A DNA stretch of 64,000 nucleotides from a virus. This document shows, piece by piece, positions 16,448 to 25,878 of the stretch. The stretch's first letter is position 1. Each line of letters starts with the position of its first letter. Below the pieces are notes generated by a model. It made no database searches. It saw only the letters and a program-made list of their open reading frames with translations, and was not told the origin of the DNA. Position numbers and translations under genes: made by a program. Location: the IMG/VR virus record IMGVR_UViG_3300045988_056849. The stretch is one strand, 5' to 3'.

Positions 16448-17083
16448 ATGAAACGTTTGAAAAGATTTATTTTGAGCTTGTTGCTCACGAAACAGGAACG
16501 AGTTATGATTTGGAACGCTCTTTGGTTCTCTAATCATACCTACAGGAGAAGGGGAAATGTAGATGGTGCTGCCGCAGTACAGATGGTGATGAACAGAACT
16601 GAGGGGTTGATTGTACCGAAAGGCAGAAAATACTCCGAGAAAGAACTTGTCGAGATTGTTGAAGGAATTATCAACGAAGCGGCAAAGGCAAGCGAGGAAG
16701 TAACAAGACATGTTGCCCGTCAAGAGTTCAACAAAGGCTATCGGAAAGGTAGAAGCGAAAGAACGCTTGAAGAGATTGCTGAACCACTCAGACCTTTCGG
16801 CAGAGCCGTACACGTTGAGGAGAAAGACGGCAAATTGGAAGTTGATATGGAACTCAACGAAGGTATGGAGATTGACCGTGAGAAGTGCGAAACATGCGAT
16901 GCTCGTGAAGGCTGTATTATCTTCGCTATGATATTTGGTCAGGACAAAGAAGAGGATGCCGAGGGCAGCGATTCAAAGCCGACTGAAGGCGAAGATACCG
17001 AGAAGGAGGAGAAAGATGAAGAGCAAGCACCCGAAGGCACTGAAGGACATCACGAAGCTCCGAAGGAAGATGAGGGCAAATAA
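16448..17083 (+). CDS. hypothetical protein with acidic C-terminus (211 aa)
   Basis: Starts 2 nt after the previous stop. Confidence 0.55.
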   Translation: MKRLKRFILSLLLTKQERVMIWNALWFSNHTYRRRGNVDGAAAVQMVMNRTEGLIVPKGRKYSEKELVEIVEGIINEAAKASEEVTRHVARQEFNKGYRKGRSERTLEEIAEPLRPFGRAVHVEEKDGKLEVDMELNEGMEIDREKCETCDAREGCIIFAMIFGQDKEEDAEGSDSKPTEGEDTEKEEKDEEQAPEGTEGHHEAPKEDEGK

Positions 17084-17104
17084 AATTCTTTGATTGTCTA
17101 TATA

Positions 17105-17145
17105 GAAACCGTGCGGCAAGGTTAATAACTAAGTCACACGGTTTC
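17105..17145 (+). other. 9-bp perfect hairpin (no T-tract)
   Basis: GAAACCGTG (17105-17113) pairs with CACGGTTTC (17137-17145). Confidence 0.45.
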
Positions 17146-17163
17146 AACATTTAATAACAAGAT

Positions 17164-17826
17164 ATGATAAAGAGTAATTACATAGTATTTGACTGCGAAA
17201 CAGGTGGGTTATATGAGGACAAAAATCCAATAACCCAATATGCTGCGGTTGTTCTTGACGGCTCTACTTTGAAAGAGATAGACCGTTGGGAAACTTTCGT
17301 CAAGCCTTATGCTGATTTAGTTATCGAACAGGATGCGTTGGATAGGACTATGGTGAGTATGTCCGATATAAACAAGGGCATGAGCATTAAGGAGTTTATA
17401 TCAACCGCTACGGAGTTCTGGGAAACTCATAGAGCAAAGTCCAAGAAGAAGGAAATGGGACGGCTTGTACCAGTAGGTCATAACGTTCCTTTTGATATTC
17501 GGTTTTTGAATTACGCTCTTTCTCTTCAGAAGAAGGATGATGTTGAGTTTTGGATGTATCCGAATATCATTGATACCTTTCCGCTTGCTAAGTTAGCGTG
17601 GGGAATTAATGGAGACGAGAAAATCAACTTGGGAGCTTCTTGCGAGAGGGCAAAGATACGACTTACAGATGCTCACGGAGCGATGAATGACGTAGAAGCG
17701 ACAGCCGACCTTCTAAGATGGTATATGCGTAAACTCCGAGCGAAGAAAGGAGAAGGAGCGGCAGAAGCTACTCAGGGCAGAGCGAAGGGAGATGAGTTCT
17801 TTGAGTTCAAATGTGGAGCAAAGTAA
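17164..17826 (+). CDS. DnaQ-like DEDDh 3'-5' exonuclease
   Basis: Exo I IVFDCETGGL, Exo II VGHNVPFDIRFL, Exo III HGAMNDVEATADLL. Confidence 0.8.
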   Translation: MIKSNYIVFDCETGGLYEDKNPITQYAAVVLDGSTLKEIDRWETFVKPYADLVIEQDALDRTMVSMSDINKGMSIKEFISTATEFWETHRAKSKKKEMGRLVPVGHNVPFDIRFLNYALSLQKKDDVEFWMYPNIIDTFPLAKLAWGINGDEKINLGASCERAKIRLTDAHGAMNDVEATADLLRWYMRKLRAKKGEGAAEATQGRAKGDEFFEFKCGAK

Positions 17827-17848
17827 TTTTCACAAAGTTTATAATAAT

Positions 17849-18169
17849 ATGAGCAAAGAAACGTTTGATTTAGCTTCTAATTTAGAACAAGCATTTAATA
17901 GTATTGGAACATCAATGATGTCTTTGAATTTTGCTTCAAAATTGCTTGCTTATGTAGCAGTAATGGGCGGAGGCAATGAAGCAGTTACTATGCACGAAGG
18001 TTTGAACGCTGGTATAGCAATAGCTCAAAGGAAGTTCAATATATTTGGCGGTGAAGTTCCAGATTATAAAGGAATTATTTGCATCAGAGCTTTCATTAAT
18101 GAGCTTGAAAGGAAGGGTGATAAAACTCCTTGGTTAAAGGAAATATATGACCGTTATAATTTGAAATAA
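17849..18169 (+). CDS. hypothetical protein (106 aa)
   Basis: First ATG after the exonuclease stop. Confidence 0.5.
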   Translation: MSKETFDLASNLEQAFNSIGTSMMSLNFASKLLAYVAVMGGGNEAVTMHEGLNAGIAIAQRKFNIFGGEVPDYKGIICIRAFINELERKGDKTPWLKEIYDRYNLK

Positions 18170-18179
18170 ACAGTTATAG
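18170..18179 (+). promoter_or_regulatory. ACAGTTATAG box, copy 2
   Basis: Exact 10-mer starting right after stop 18169, 26 nt upstream of ATG 18206. Flank AAACAGTTATAGTA. Confidence 0.6.
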
Positions 18180-18205
18180 TAATCATAAATGTAAATTAAA
18201 ATCGT

Positions 18206-18964
18206 ATGTCTGAAACAAATGAAACTCCGAAACGTAAACGGAGAACAAAAGAAGAGATTGAAGCTGCTAAGGCAGCAGGCACTTACAAGCCGAGAACAAG
18301 AAAGAAAGTTGAGGAAGCTCCGAAAGAGGAAACAGCGAAAGCTCCTGAGGAGTTCCAAGCAAAACCTACGAAACTGCCTGCTGAACAATCCGTTCTGATT
18401 ATGGCTTGCCTTCAGCCTGAGGTTTCAAAGAGAGCTATTGAAGCGGCAAAGGAGAAAGGCGTTGAGGTTGTAATTCTTGAAGACCGAGTAATTCACGACT
18501 ACTTGAGCGTGCGTGATAAGGATAACAAAGAAGCAAGAAGTTTGGGAGACTTCCTGAATGATACTTCCAATCGTTTGCATGCTGAAGACCAATGCGTGAA
18601 GTTATGGATGATACTTACGAAGGGTCAACCGATTGAGAACGCAGAGCAACGTGTATTCACGAGAACGGAGGTTGTTAAGTCAACTAATCTATCTCACGGA
18701 AAAGCTGACCAAGTCTTTCAGTTACTCCGAGCCTTCGGAATGTTACGTTTCACGAAAGGAACGCACGAGTTTGTTCTCAACTTCAGCAAGAAGAAATGTC
18801 ACGATACTATCAAAACAGAAGTTCTTGCGATGTGCAAAGCGTTGAGCAACGACATTCTCCGTTACAAGGCATCAATTGAAGCCGATACTGAATTGACGAA
18901 AGAGCAAAAAGATGAAATGTATAAAGAGTTACAAAGAGCCGTTGACGAGACAATCGAGTATTAA
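18206..18964 (+). CDS. hypothetical basic-N-terminus protein upstream of terL
   Basis: KR-rich N-terminus PKRKRRTKEEIEAAKAAGTYKPRTRKK. Its position directly upstream of the large terminase makes a small-terminase role possible, but this is not supported by any motif. Confidence 0.55.
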   Translation: MSETNETPKRKRRTKEEIEAAKAAGTYKPRTRKKVEEAPKEETAKAPEEFQAKPTKLPAEQSVLIMACLQPEVSKRAIEAAKEKGVEVVILEDRVIHDYLSVRDKDNKEARSLGDFLNDTSNRLHAEDQCVKLWMILTKGQPIENAEQRVFTRTEVVKSTNLSHGKADQVFQLLRAFGMLRFTKGTHEFVLNFSKKKCHDTIKTEVLAMCKALSNDILRYKASIEADTELTKEQKDEMYKELQRAVDETIEY

Positions 18965-18992
18965 GCGGAAACAACCATAAAAAGAGTTTGAG

Positions 18993-19024
18993 AGCTAACA
19001 GGGTACAATCCTTGTTAGCTTTTG
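18993..19024 (+). terminator. terminator-like hairpin
   Basis: AGCTAACA (18993-19000) pairs with TGTTAGCT (19013-19020), plus inner G:C pairs, then TTTG. Confidence 0.5.
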
Positions 19025-19043
19025 TCGTATAAAGAGGATTGAT

Positions 19044-20762
19044 ATGATAGCAACAGTACCAGACATAATTGCGAAAGCTCCTGTGACCTTGTTACAGTCT
19101 CCAATGCATCAATTGGAATGTCTCAATATAGTAGATGAGATAATTGACGGCATGGACGACAAGGGAATATTGGAGCTCATGCAAGGTTCAGGAGGAGACT
19201 TGGATTGGGTATTAGATAACTTGATGAAAGATACTTATCAGGTTATGTACACGGGTGACCCAAACATTGACTTCGCTCCGAAATATACAGATAGACTTTC
19301 ACAGTCTATCGAAGAAACATTGCGGACACGCAACCTTACTTACTTTATTACTTCGGTAATGCCCGACTTTCAATTGTCTTGGCATCATTTGGAATGGGGA
19401 GACTTGGTACACCGATACAATAAATTATGTATCAACGCTGCCCGTGACCATGGTAAGTCGTATTATTTCTCAAATGCCTATTGTGCTTGGAAGCTCTATT
19501 CCTACGCAAAGCCTAAATCAAGTGTATTCTCTGCCCGACCTACGAAGAGCAATTCCAATCGTGGGTATTTGTTTAGCTTCTCACTCCAGCAGTCCGTTGA
19601 CCTTATGGAGATTTTGAAAGGAACGATTGAGAGCAACGACATTCTCAAAGACAGATTGTATCCTGATTCAAGAAATAGCGGAGCGTGGGCGAGTACGAAC
19701 ATAGTATGTAGGAACGGAGCGAGGTTGACGTGTAAGGGATTTGGGTCATCAGTACGTGGTGCTCACCCATACTGGATAGTAGTAGATGATGGACTGAAAG
19801 ATAACGTCATATACAGTGCCCTACAAAGGCAGAAAAGTATAGACTATTTCCACGCTGTTATTATGAACATGCTCGTGCCAGGAGGACAAATCATTGTCGT
19901 TGGTACTCCGTTCCACGCTTCGGATTTATACGGAGACTTGAGAAGCAAGAGCATATTTGCTACACATAATAAGAAGGGTTGGTTTGTAATTGAATATCCT
20001 GCTATCTTCCCTGACGGACGTATATTGTGGCCACAGCGTTGGAGCTTCTTCGATTTGATGGACAAGAAAGCAACGCAAGGTAACATCATCTTCAGTCGTG
20101 AGAACTTATGCCGACCTATTACCAATGAGGCTTCTATATTCCCATTGAAAGTTTTGGAACGCTCTTTGGTACGTATGGAGAACTACACGTTGGTACGCAA
20201 TCGGGATGACTTCCCAATCAAGTTTAACAAAGTTGTTACAGGCTGTGACTTCGCAATATCTGCTAACGTAGGAAGCGACTACACCGTGTTCACGACTTGG
20301 GGAGTAGATGACGAAACAGGAGAGCGTTGGTTGCTAAACTTTTACCGAGATAAGGGCAAGACCTTCCACGAACAGATGCAAATATTGAAGGGAATCAACG
20401 CAAGATTCAGACCTGATAGCATGGTGATGGAGCAAAACACATTCCAACAGATATTCGTTCAGGAAAGCGATAAACAGGGGTTGCCAGTTATAGGACATAC
20501 CACTGGAATAGATAAGTACGACTTGAAAACAGGCTGGCCAGGATTGGCTATTGATTTTGAGAGAGGTAAGATACATATACCAACTGGAGATAAGTATTCA
20601 CAAGATGTAAAAGATTTGATTTTCTCTGACCTTGGTTCGGTAGCCTTTACGGATAAAGGACTTGAGTCAGTAGGAGAACATGACGACATCTCATCCAGCT
20701 TCTGGCTTGCTAAGTTAGGTGCTAATCTTATCACGACTGGTTTCAAATATACTTTCCTTTAA
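19044..20762 (+). CDS. terL: terminase large subunit
   Basis: Walker A-like CINAARDHGKSY, Walker B YWIVVDDGLKD, coupling motif VVGTPFH, and a C-terminal RNaseH-like nuclease region (GCDFAIS...DYTVFTTWG...GEHDDISSSFWLA). Confidence 0.85.
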   Translation: MIATVPDIIAKAPVTLLQSPMHQLECLNIVDEIIDGMDDKGILELMQGSGGDLDWVLDNLMKDTYQVMYTGDPNIDFAPKYTDRLSQSIEETLRTRNLTYFITSVMPDFQLSWHHLEWGDLVHRYNKLCINAARDHGKSYYFSNAYCAWKLYSYAKPKSSVFSARPTKSNSNRGYLFSFSLQQSVDLMEILKGTIESNDILKDRLYPDSRNSGAWASTNIVCRNGARLTCKGFGSSVRGAHPYWIVVDDGLKDNVIYSALQRQKSIDYFHAVIMNMLVPGGQIIVVGTPFHASDLYGDLRSKSIFATHNKKGWFVIEYPAIFPDGRILWPQRWSFFDLMDKKATQGNIIFSRENLCRPITNEASIFPLKVLERSLVRMENYTLVRNRDDFPIKFNKVVTGCDFAISANVGSDYTVFTTWGVDDETGERWLLNFYRDKGKTFHEQMQILKGINARFRPDSMVMEQNTFQQIFVQESDKQGLPVIGHTTGIDKYDLKTGWPGLAIDFERGKIHIPTGDKYSQDVKDLIFSDLGSVAFTDKGLESVGEHDDISSSFWLAKLGANLITTGFKYTFL

Positions 20763-20807
20763 TCAGCGTTTTATAAGGAGAAACTGTTCAATTTAATAAC
20801 AATAAAT

Positions 20808-21257
20808 ATGAAACAAAGAAAAGTAAACATTATCATCAAAGGCTACGGCAAAAAGCCTTTGTATGCGACTTCACATTCAGCAGGAGCTGACTTATATTCA
20901 GCCAACGCTTCGGATATTGTTCTTCAGCCGATGGAACGCAAAATCATTCCCACGGGTTTGTTTTTGGAACTTCCTATTGACGCTGAAGCTCAAATAAGAC
21001 CGAGAAGCGGATTGAGCGCAAAGAAAGGAATTGTAGCAATTCTTGGAACCATTGATGCCGATTATCAAGGAGAAGTTGGTATCATAGTAATTAATCTAAG
21101 CGATGAAGCGTTTGTAATCGAAAGAGGAGAACGACTTGCTCAGATGGTTCTGAATGGAGAAGGAGGATTGTTCCAAGGAGACTGGGTTGAGGTTGAAGAG
21201 TTTTCCAGAGAGAGCGAACGAGGAGCAGGTGGATTTGGACATACAGGTACAAAGTAA
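20808..21257 (+). CDS. dut: trimeric dUTP diphosphatase
   Basis: The five dUTPase motifs: HSAGADLYS, PRSGL, GTIDADYQGEVG, RLAQMV, ERGAGGFGHTG. Confidence 0.9.
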   Translation: MKQRKVNIIIKGYGKKPLYATSHSAGADLYSANASDIVLQPMERKIIPTGLFLELPIDAEAQIRPRSGLSAKKGIVAILGTIDADYQGEVGIIVINLSDEAFVIERGERLAQMVLNGEGGLFQGDWVEVEEFSRESERGAGGFGHTGTK

Positions 21258-21499
21258 TGAACCAGTTCAGACAGTTCACTAACGGCAAAGGTTTGTTTAT
21301 CGGGGTTGACTTTGGCTTTGGTAACGACTTTGCCGTTGAAACTCAAATACAGAAGCAGCCTGACGGGAGCTTGAAAATACTTTCGAGCAATATCATTGGA
21401 CGTGCCAAAGATTACAAGAACGAAGAAAAGAGAGAACAAATTTGTAAGGAATATGAGAGATTATGCAATCAAGAAACCGTTGAGCAAAAATCAACTTGA
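21257..21499 (+). CDS. hypothetical protein (80 aa)
   Basis: ATG overlaps the dut stop. It overlaps the next ORF, so one of the two starts is wrong. Confidence 0.4.
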   Translation: MNQFRQFTNGKGLFIGVDFGFGNDFAVETQIQKQPDGSLKILSSNIIGRAKDYKNEEKREQICKEYERLCNQETVEQKST

Positions 21500-22016
21500 C
21501 GATTTGACTAATGGGCTTGTTAATGCTATGCGTTATTCCGACCCAAATGTTGAATACCCAAGTTACGATAAGGCGAAACAAGATGATGGGGTAATGGCTG
21601 AATGGTTTTATCCCATTTTCAATGGTACCAATGACTTCTCCGAGCTTACAGCCATTCATATGTACACTACTCAGGAAGCTACGTTTGAGAACGTAGGTGA
21701 GCTGCTATTGGGCATTGCTTTGACTGAGATGAAACACTACGATAAGCTGTCAGACTTTATCCGAAAGATAGGAGGAAAGATTGACCAGAGATATAACAAC
21801 TCAGGCGTTACCGTAGGAAAGACCGCAGAAGAAGCGATTGAAATAGCAATCGGTGCGGAGGAGAAAACAATTGACTTCTATGAGAACTTGCAAAAGAAGC
21901 TCTTGAAGTTACAAGAAACGGAGACAATCAAGATAGCTCTTCAACTGCTTGCTAAATTAGTAGCGGATGAGGTAGTTCATCTGAAACTATTAAAAGAACA
22001 ATTAAAGAATGATTAA
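21453..22016 (+). CDS. ferritin-like (four-helix-bundle, rubrerythrin/Mn-catalase-type) protein
   Basis: E...EMKHY...and...EEKTIDFY...DEVVHL pairs, typical of di-metal ferritin-like folds. Start uncertain (21396 or 21453). Confidence 0.5.
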   Translation: MRDYAIKKPLSKNQLDDLTNGLVNAMRYSDPNVEYPSYDKAKQDDGVMAEWFYPIFNGTNDFSELTAIHMYTTQEATFENVGELLLGIALTEMKHYDKLSDFIRKIGGKIDQRYNNSGVTVGKTAEEAIEIAIGAEEKTIDFYENLQKKLLKLQETETIKIALQLLAKLVADEVVHLKLLKEQLKND

Positions 22017-23946
22017 CAAAATGAAATGTAACGGTATTGATTTGTTAGCAGACTATGTGTTCTTGTCTAAATACTCTCAAAGACGAGAGGATGGACGACT
22101 TGAACACTGGGATGAAACTATTGACCGTATCTACGAGATGCACAAGGTCAAGTTGAAACAGTTAGGTCTGCTTGGTGAAGAAACGGTTGCTATGATAGAA
22201 GAAGCAATGCGTTTGGAAGTTGATAAGAAAATCTTGTCTTCCCAGCGTGGGCGTCAGTTCGCTTCTCCTTCGGTAACGAGTGGAATATTGAAGCATGAAG
22301 CCAAGTTATACAATTGCTGTTCTACCTACGTTGACCGTGTAGAAGTATTCAGCGAAATCATGTATTTGCTTCTTTGTGGTTGCGGCGTTGGTTATTCCTT
22401 ACATAAGGAGTACATTGACAAGCTACCAATAGTCAAGCCGTATAACGGAGACCAAAGACCTCAATTTTTTGTTGAAGATAGTATCGAAGGATGGGCTGAT
22501 TCAATCCGAGAGCTTATGACGGCTCTATTTGAAGGCAAGTCCGCTGATATAGTCTTTGACGCTATCCGACCAGAAGGAGCGTTGATTGACGGTAAGTTCC
22601 TTGCACCTGGCCCAGAGCCGTTAATAAAAGCCCATAATCATATCAAAGAAGTCATGAAAGTCGCTCAAGGCAGAAAGCTCACGAGTATCGAAGTTCATGA
22701 CATTATTTGTTATATAGCCGACAGTGTTGTGAGCGGAGGGGTGAGACGTTCTGCTATGATAGCCTTGTTCGACAAAGACGATGAGTTGATGCTCCGAGCT
22801 AAGACAGGAAGCTGGTGGACGGACAATCCTCAAAGAGCTATGGCAAATAATAGTATTCTTGCTACTCTATCTGACCCACTGGGTTACGAGGAAATGAAAG
22901 ACAAGTTACAAGTTATCCGTCAGTTTGGAGAGCCAGGTTTTGTAAACGTAAAGAGTTTCAAATATACAGTCAACCCTTGCGGTGAGATTGTAATGGAGCC
23001 TGCTATCAACGGCAAGTCTGGATTTGCGTTCTGCAATCTTGTAGAGATAAATGCCGAGCGAGTTAAAACCAAAGAGGAGTTCTTGGAAGCGTGTCGTGTA
23101 GCTTCGTTCGTAGCAACCGTTCAGGCTCTTTATACTGACTTCAAATATCTGTCTCCTGCTTCACGGGAAATAGCCGAGCGTGATAGAGCTATCGGAGTGA
23201 GCATAACAGGCATATATGCCAATCCTATCCTTCGGGGTGAGGTATTAAGAGAAGGTGCGAAGGTAGTTTCAGAAACCAATGCGGAATGGGCAGCAATATT
23301 CGGTATAAATAAGAGCCGTACTTGTACGACAATTAAACCGAGCGGCAATGCTTCTTCTATTCTTGGTTTGTATTGTAGTGGCATTCATCCAGCTCATGCT
23401 GAAAAATATCTGCGTAGAGTTCGCATCAAAACTTATAGCCCAGAGTTCCTTGCTTTGAAAGATACTCCGTTGGTAAAAGTTCTACGAGGGGATGAGGCTG
23501 TGATAAGTTTCCCAATTGAGTCTGATGACCCGAATATGATATTCAAAGACGAGGTATCATCCGTTGAGCATCTCAAGTTTATCGGTATGGTAAAACATTA
23601 TTGGATAAACAAAGGAAGCGTTAATACCAAAGCCGTTGCTAACAATATATCCGCAACCGTTGAGGTGAAAGATGATGAGTGGGACGAAGTAGCAGCTGTT
23701 CTGTTTACCAACGATTATCTATTCACTGGCGTGAGCTTGTTACCGAAGATGGGCGACCAAATTTATGACAACGCTCCATTCCAACGTTTATCTTCCTCAG
23801 AAGTCGAAAGTGAGTACAATGCTATCAAAGAGTATCTTGATACCCACGAAGTAGATTTCAACGAGATAATGAGCGACCGTGAGAACTTCTATTCAGGCGA
23901 CATGGTAGCCGTAGGATGTTCGGGAGGAGCCTGTGAATTGAAATAG
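22009..23946 (+). CDS. nrdJ: class II (adenosylcobalamin-dependent) ribonucleotide reductase
   Basis: Active-site loop TVNPCGEIVMEP, TTIKPSGNAS, C-terminal redox tail GCSGGACELK. 645 aa. Confidence 0.8.
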   Translation: MINKMKCNGIDLLADYVFLSKYSQRREDGRLEHWDETIDRIYEMHKVKLKQLGLLGEETVAMIEEAMRLEVDKKILSSQRGRQFASPSVTSGILKHEAKLYNCCSTYVDRVEVFSEIMYLLLCGCGVGYSLHKEYIDKLPIVKPYNGDQRPQFFVEDSIEGWADSIRELMTALFEGKSADIVFDAIRPEGALIDGKFLAPGPEPLIKAHNHIKEVMKVAQGRKLTSIEVHDIICYIADSVVSGGVRRSAMIALFDKDDELMLRAKTGSWWTDNPQRAMANNSILATLSDPLGYEEMKDKLQVIRQFGEPGFVNVKSFKYTVNPCGEIVMEPAINGKSGFAFCNLVEINAERVKTKEEFLEACRVASFVATVQALYTDFKYLSPASREIAERDRAIGVSITGIYANPILRGEVLREGAKVVSETNAEWAAIFGINKSRTCTTIKPSGNASSILGLYCSGIHPAHAEKYLRRVRIKTYSPEFLALKDTPLVKVLRGDEAVISFPIESDDPNMIFKDEVSSVEHLKFIGMVKHYWINKGSVNTKAVANNISATVEVKDDEWDEVAAVLFTNDYLFTGVSLLPKMGDQIYDNAPFQRLSSSEVESEYNAIKEYLDTHEVDFNEIMSDRENFYSGDMVAVGCSGGACELK

Positions 23947-23948
23947 AT

Positions 23949-24245
23949 ATGAAGATTGAAAGTTTTATATTAAGTATTCTCAAGAAGATTGAAGAGTCAT
24001 GGCCAGGAGTTATTTGCTATGCTTATAAAACTGGTAACGCTCCGATGACCTACGTTTGGTGGGAAGTCTCCGTTTCAGATTTTGATTTGTATATGCACGA
24101 TAAGCGTTTCAAAACTCTTACCAACGCTTGGCATAAAGCAGCGAAAGCTCAAGGGCATAAGATAATCTTTGTTTGTGGTTGGAAGCCTACGGAGGAGAAA
24201 CTTGTCAAACTGATGGAAGAGGATAATTTGATATTGAACGTGTAA
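23949..24245 (+). CDS. hypothetical protein (98 aa)
   Basis: Starts 3 nt after the nrdJ stop. Followed by a terminator. Confidence 0.5.
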   Translation: MKIESFILSILKKIEESWPGVICYAYKTGNAPMTYVWWEVSVSDFDLYMHDKRFKTLTNAWHKAAKAQGHKIIFVCGWKPTEEKLVKLMEEDNLILNV

Positions 24246-24275
24246 TTTAATTGTCTCATTTAAGTATGATTTGAG

Positions 24276-24310
24276 AGGAGCTACTTGTGAAAGTCGCTCC
24301 TTTCTTTTTA
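24276..24310 (+). terminator. rho-independent terminator
   Basis: AGGAGC (24276-24281) pairs with GCTCCT (24296-24301), then TTCTTTTT. Confidence 0.65.
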
Positions 24311-24316
24311 ACAAAA

Positions 24317-24370
24317 GTTAAATTTAGCAAAGTTTCTTATAAAAAGTTTTGCGGTTATAAAATAACTTCG
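24317..24370 (+). promoter_or_regulatory. promoter P3 (shortened variant of the P1/P2/P4 family)
   Basis: GTTAAATTTAGCAAAG box, TTTG (24348-24351) and TAACTTCG (24363-24370), but only an 11-nt spacer. The downstream TTCGTACCAGATAA is shared with P2. Confidence 0.4.
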
Positions 24371-24396
24371 TACCAGATAATCAATATAACAAAGTC

Positions 24397-25878
24397 ATGG
24401 GAGCATTTATACCAAGTAAATATCAAAGAGCCGTTTACATCTATATTGAGAAGGGTAAAGGCAATGCGGTTATAGACGCAGTAGCAGGTTCAGGAAAATC
24501 TACAACGATTGTGAATGCGTTGAAACTTATTCCGAAGAACAAGCGAGTATTGTTTTTGGCGTTCAACAAGGCAATCGTAGAGGAACTGAAAATCAAAGTA
24601 GGTAATCTCAACAATGTAGATATTAAAACGCTACATAGTTTGGGAGCTTCGGCAACTATGCGAGCTTTGAACTCTCAGCTTCAGGTTGATAAATATACGG
24701 CTTGGGTTAATAATGGTATCAAATACTCTTCCCTTTCTCCGAAGTCAGACTTGTTACCTGAACAGATGTCAACTTGGAAAGGCAATATCTTGAAGCTCAT
24801 TGACCTTGGTAGAGTAAACTTGGTTAAGTCCGAGAAGGAATTGGAAGAGCTTGCTTGGAAACATAATATTGATTTGGAAGATAACGAGGTTGATATTGCT
24901 ATTAAGGGTATCAATTGGGGCGAAAGGGAAACGCAAGTCATAGACTTCACAGACATGATATACTTCCCGAACGTCAAACAGATAAAGATGTTCCAATACG
25001 ATTGGGTATTCATAGACGAGTGTCAGGACTTGAACGCTGCCCAAAGAAACTTGTTCTTGAAATGCTTGAAACCTAATGGTAGATTTGTAGCTGTTGGAGA
25101 CCCACGTCAGGCAATCTATGGTTTTGCTGGAGCGGACGTTGAAAGTTTCAACCTTTTGAAGAGACTTCCGCACACCGTGAAACTTCCTTTATCCGTATGT
25201 TACCGTTGCGATGGAGATATAATCGGAATGGCCAAAGAGATAGTGCCTCAGATAGAAGCAAGAGCAGGTGCGCCAGCAGGTGTAGTTAGTCGGGAGAGCG
25301 TTATGGCGGATGTTAAGGATGGTGATATGATACTTTGTAGGGTTTCAGCTCCGTTGGTTAAATTGTGTATGCAATATATCGGGAGAGGGGTGAAAGCGTA
25401 TGTGAAAGGAAGGGATATTGGAACCAATCTTATTAACATGATAAAGAAAACCAATCGCAAGCAGATTAAGGACGTAATGGAGAGACTTGAAAGGGAATTA
25501 TCACGGATAATCGGAAAGGTGGTAGCAAAGCAGGGATGCACCGAAGCTGAAGCGAAGGAACATGAAATGTATAAGAACTACGAGGACAAGTTGAGAGCAA
25601 TCGAAGTTCTTTCAGAAGGGTTGGCAACTTCCCAAGAAGTGATTGACCGCATAGACATGATTTTCTCCGATGATAACAAGAACGGTATTTGTTTGAGTAC
25701 GATACACAAGTCAAAAGGTTTAGAGAGCGACCGAGTATTCATCATATGTGAAGATAAGCTCTATTTGAAATATTGTATGACCGTTCCGTGGATGGCGGAA
25801 CAAGAACGCAACCTTGTCTATGTTGCGATAACAAGAGCCAAGCACTTTTTAGGATATATTCAAGACTTTGTAGCATAA
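24397..25878 (+). CDS. UvrD/PcrA-like superfamily 1 DNA helicase (paralog 2)
   Basis: AVAGSGKST, VFIDECQDL, VGDPRQAIYGFAGAD, LSVCYRC, STIHKSKGLE, YVAITRAKH. Collinear with 1204..2691. Confidence 0.85.
   Translation: MGAFIPSKYQRAVYIYIEKGKGNAVIDAVAGSGKSTTIVNALKLIPKNKRVLFLAFNKAIVEELKIKVGNLNNVDIKTLHSLGASATMRALNSQLQVDKYTAWVNNGIKYSSLSPKSDLLPEQMSTWKGNILKLIDLGRVNLVKSEKELEELAWKHNIDLEDNEVDIAIKGINWGERETQVIDFTDMIYFPNVKQIKMFQYDWVFIDECQDLNAAQRNLFLKCLKPNGRFVAVGDPRQAIYGFAGADVESFNLLKRLPHTVKLPLSVCYRCDGDIIGMAKEIVPQIEARAGAPAGVVSRESVMADVKDGDMILCRVSAPLVKLCMQYIGRGVKAYVKGRDIGTNLINMIKKTNRKQIKDVMERLERELSRIIGKVVAKQGCTEAEAKEHEMYKNYEDKLRAIEVLSEGLATSQEVIDRIDMIFSDDNKNGICLSTIHKSKGLESDRVFIICEDKLYLKYCMTVPWMAEQERNLVYVAITRAKHFLGYIQDFVA

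Noticed and set aside
16710-16931. Nested alternative-frame + strand ORFs (16710..16931, 18633..18845, 26075..26284, 28191..28418, 29591..29776, 30242..30454, 32629..32892, 34356..34628, 46288..46506, 56676..56945, 58918..59133, 60421..60636, 717..899, 2565..2798)
   Set aside because: All lie entirely within longer ORFs that have motif or context support. Their translations are compositionally odd (Arg/Leu/Ser-rich), and none has its own boundary signals.
18206-18964. Calling this ORF the small terminase subunit
   Set aside because: Only its position upstream of terL and its basic N-terminus support the call. No oligomerisation or HTH signature was recognisable, a hairpin separates it from terL, and 7842..9074 is an equally vague candidate. 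Left as hypothetical.
21396-22016. Ferritin-like ORF as a class I RNR beta (NrdB/NrdF) subunit
   Set aside because: At about 190-205 aa it is far shorter than R2 proteins and lacks the tyrosyl-radical context. The adjacent reductase has class II hallmarks (NPCGE loop, C-terminal CxxC tail) and does not need R2.
24287-24475. 62-aa + strand ORF upstream of helicase 2
   Set aside because: It starts inside the terminator hairpin (24276-24310), runs through promoter P3 and overlaps the helicase start in another frame. The product is low-complexity and basic.
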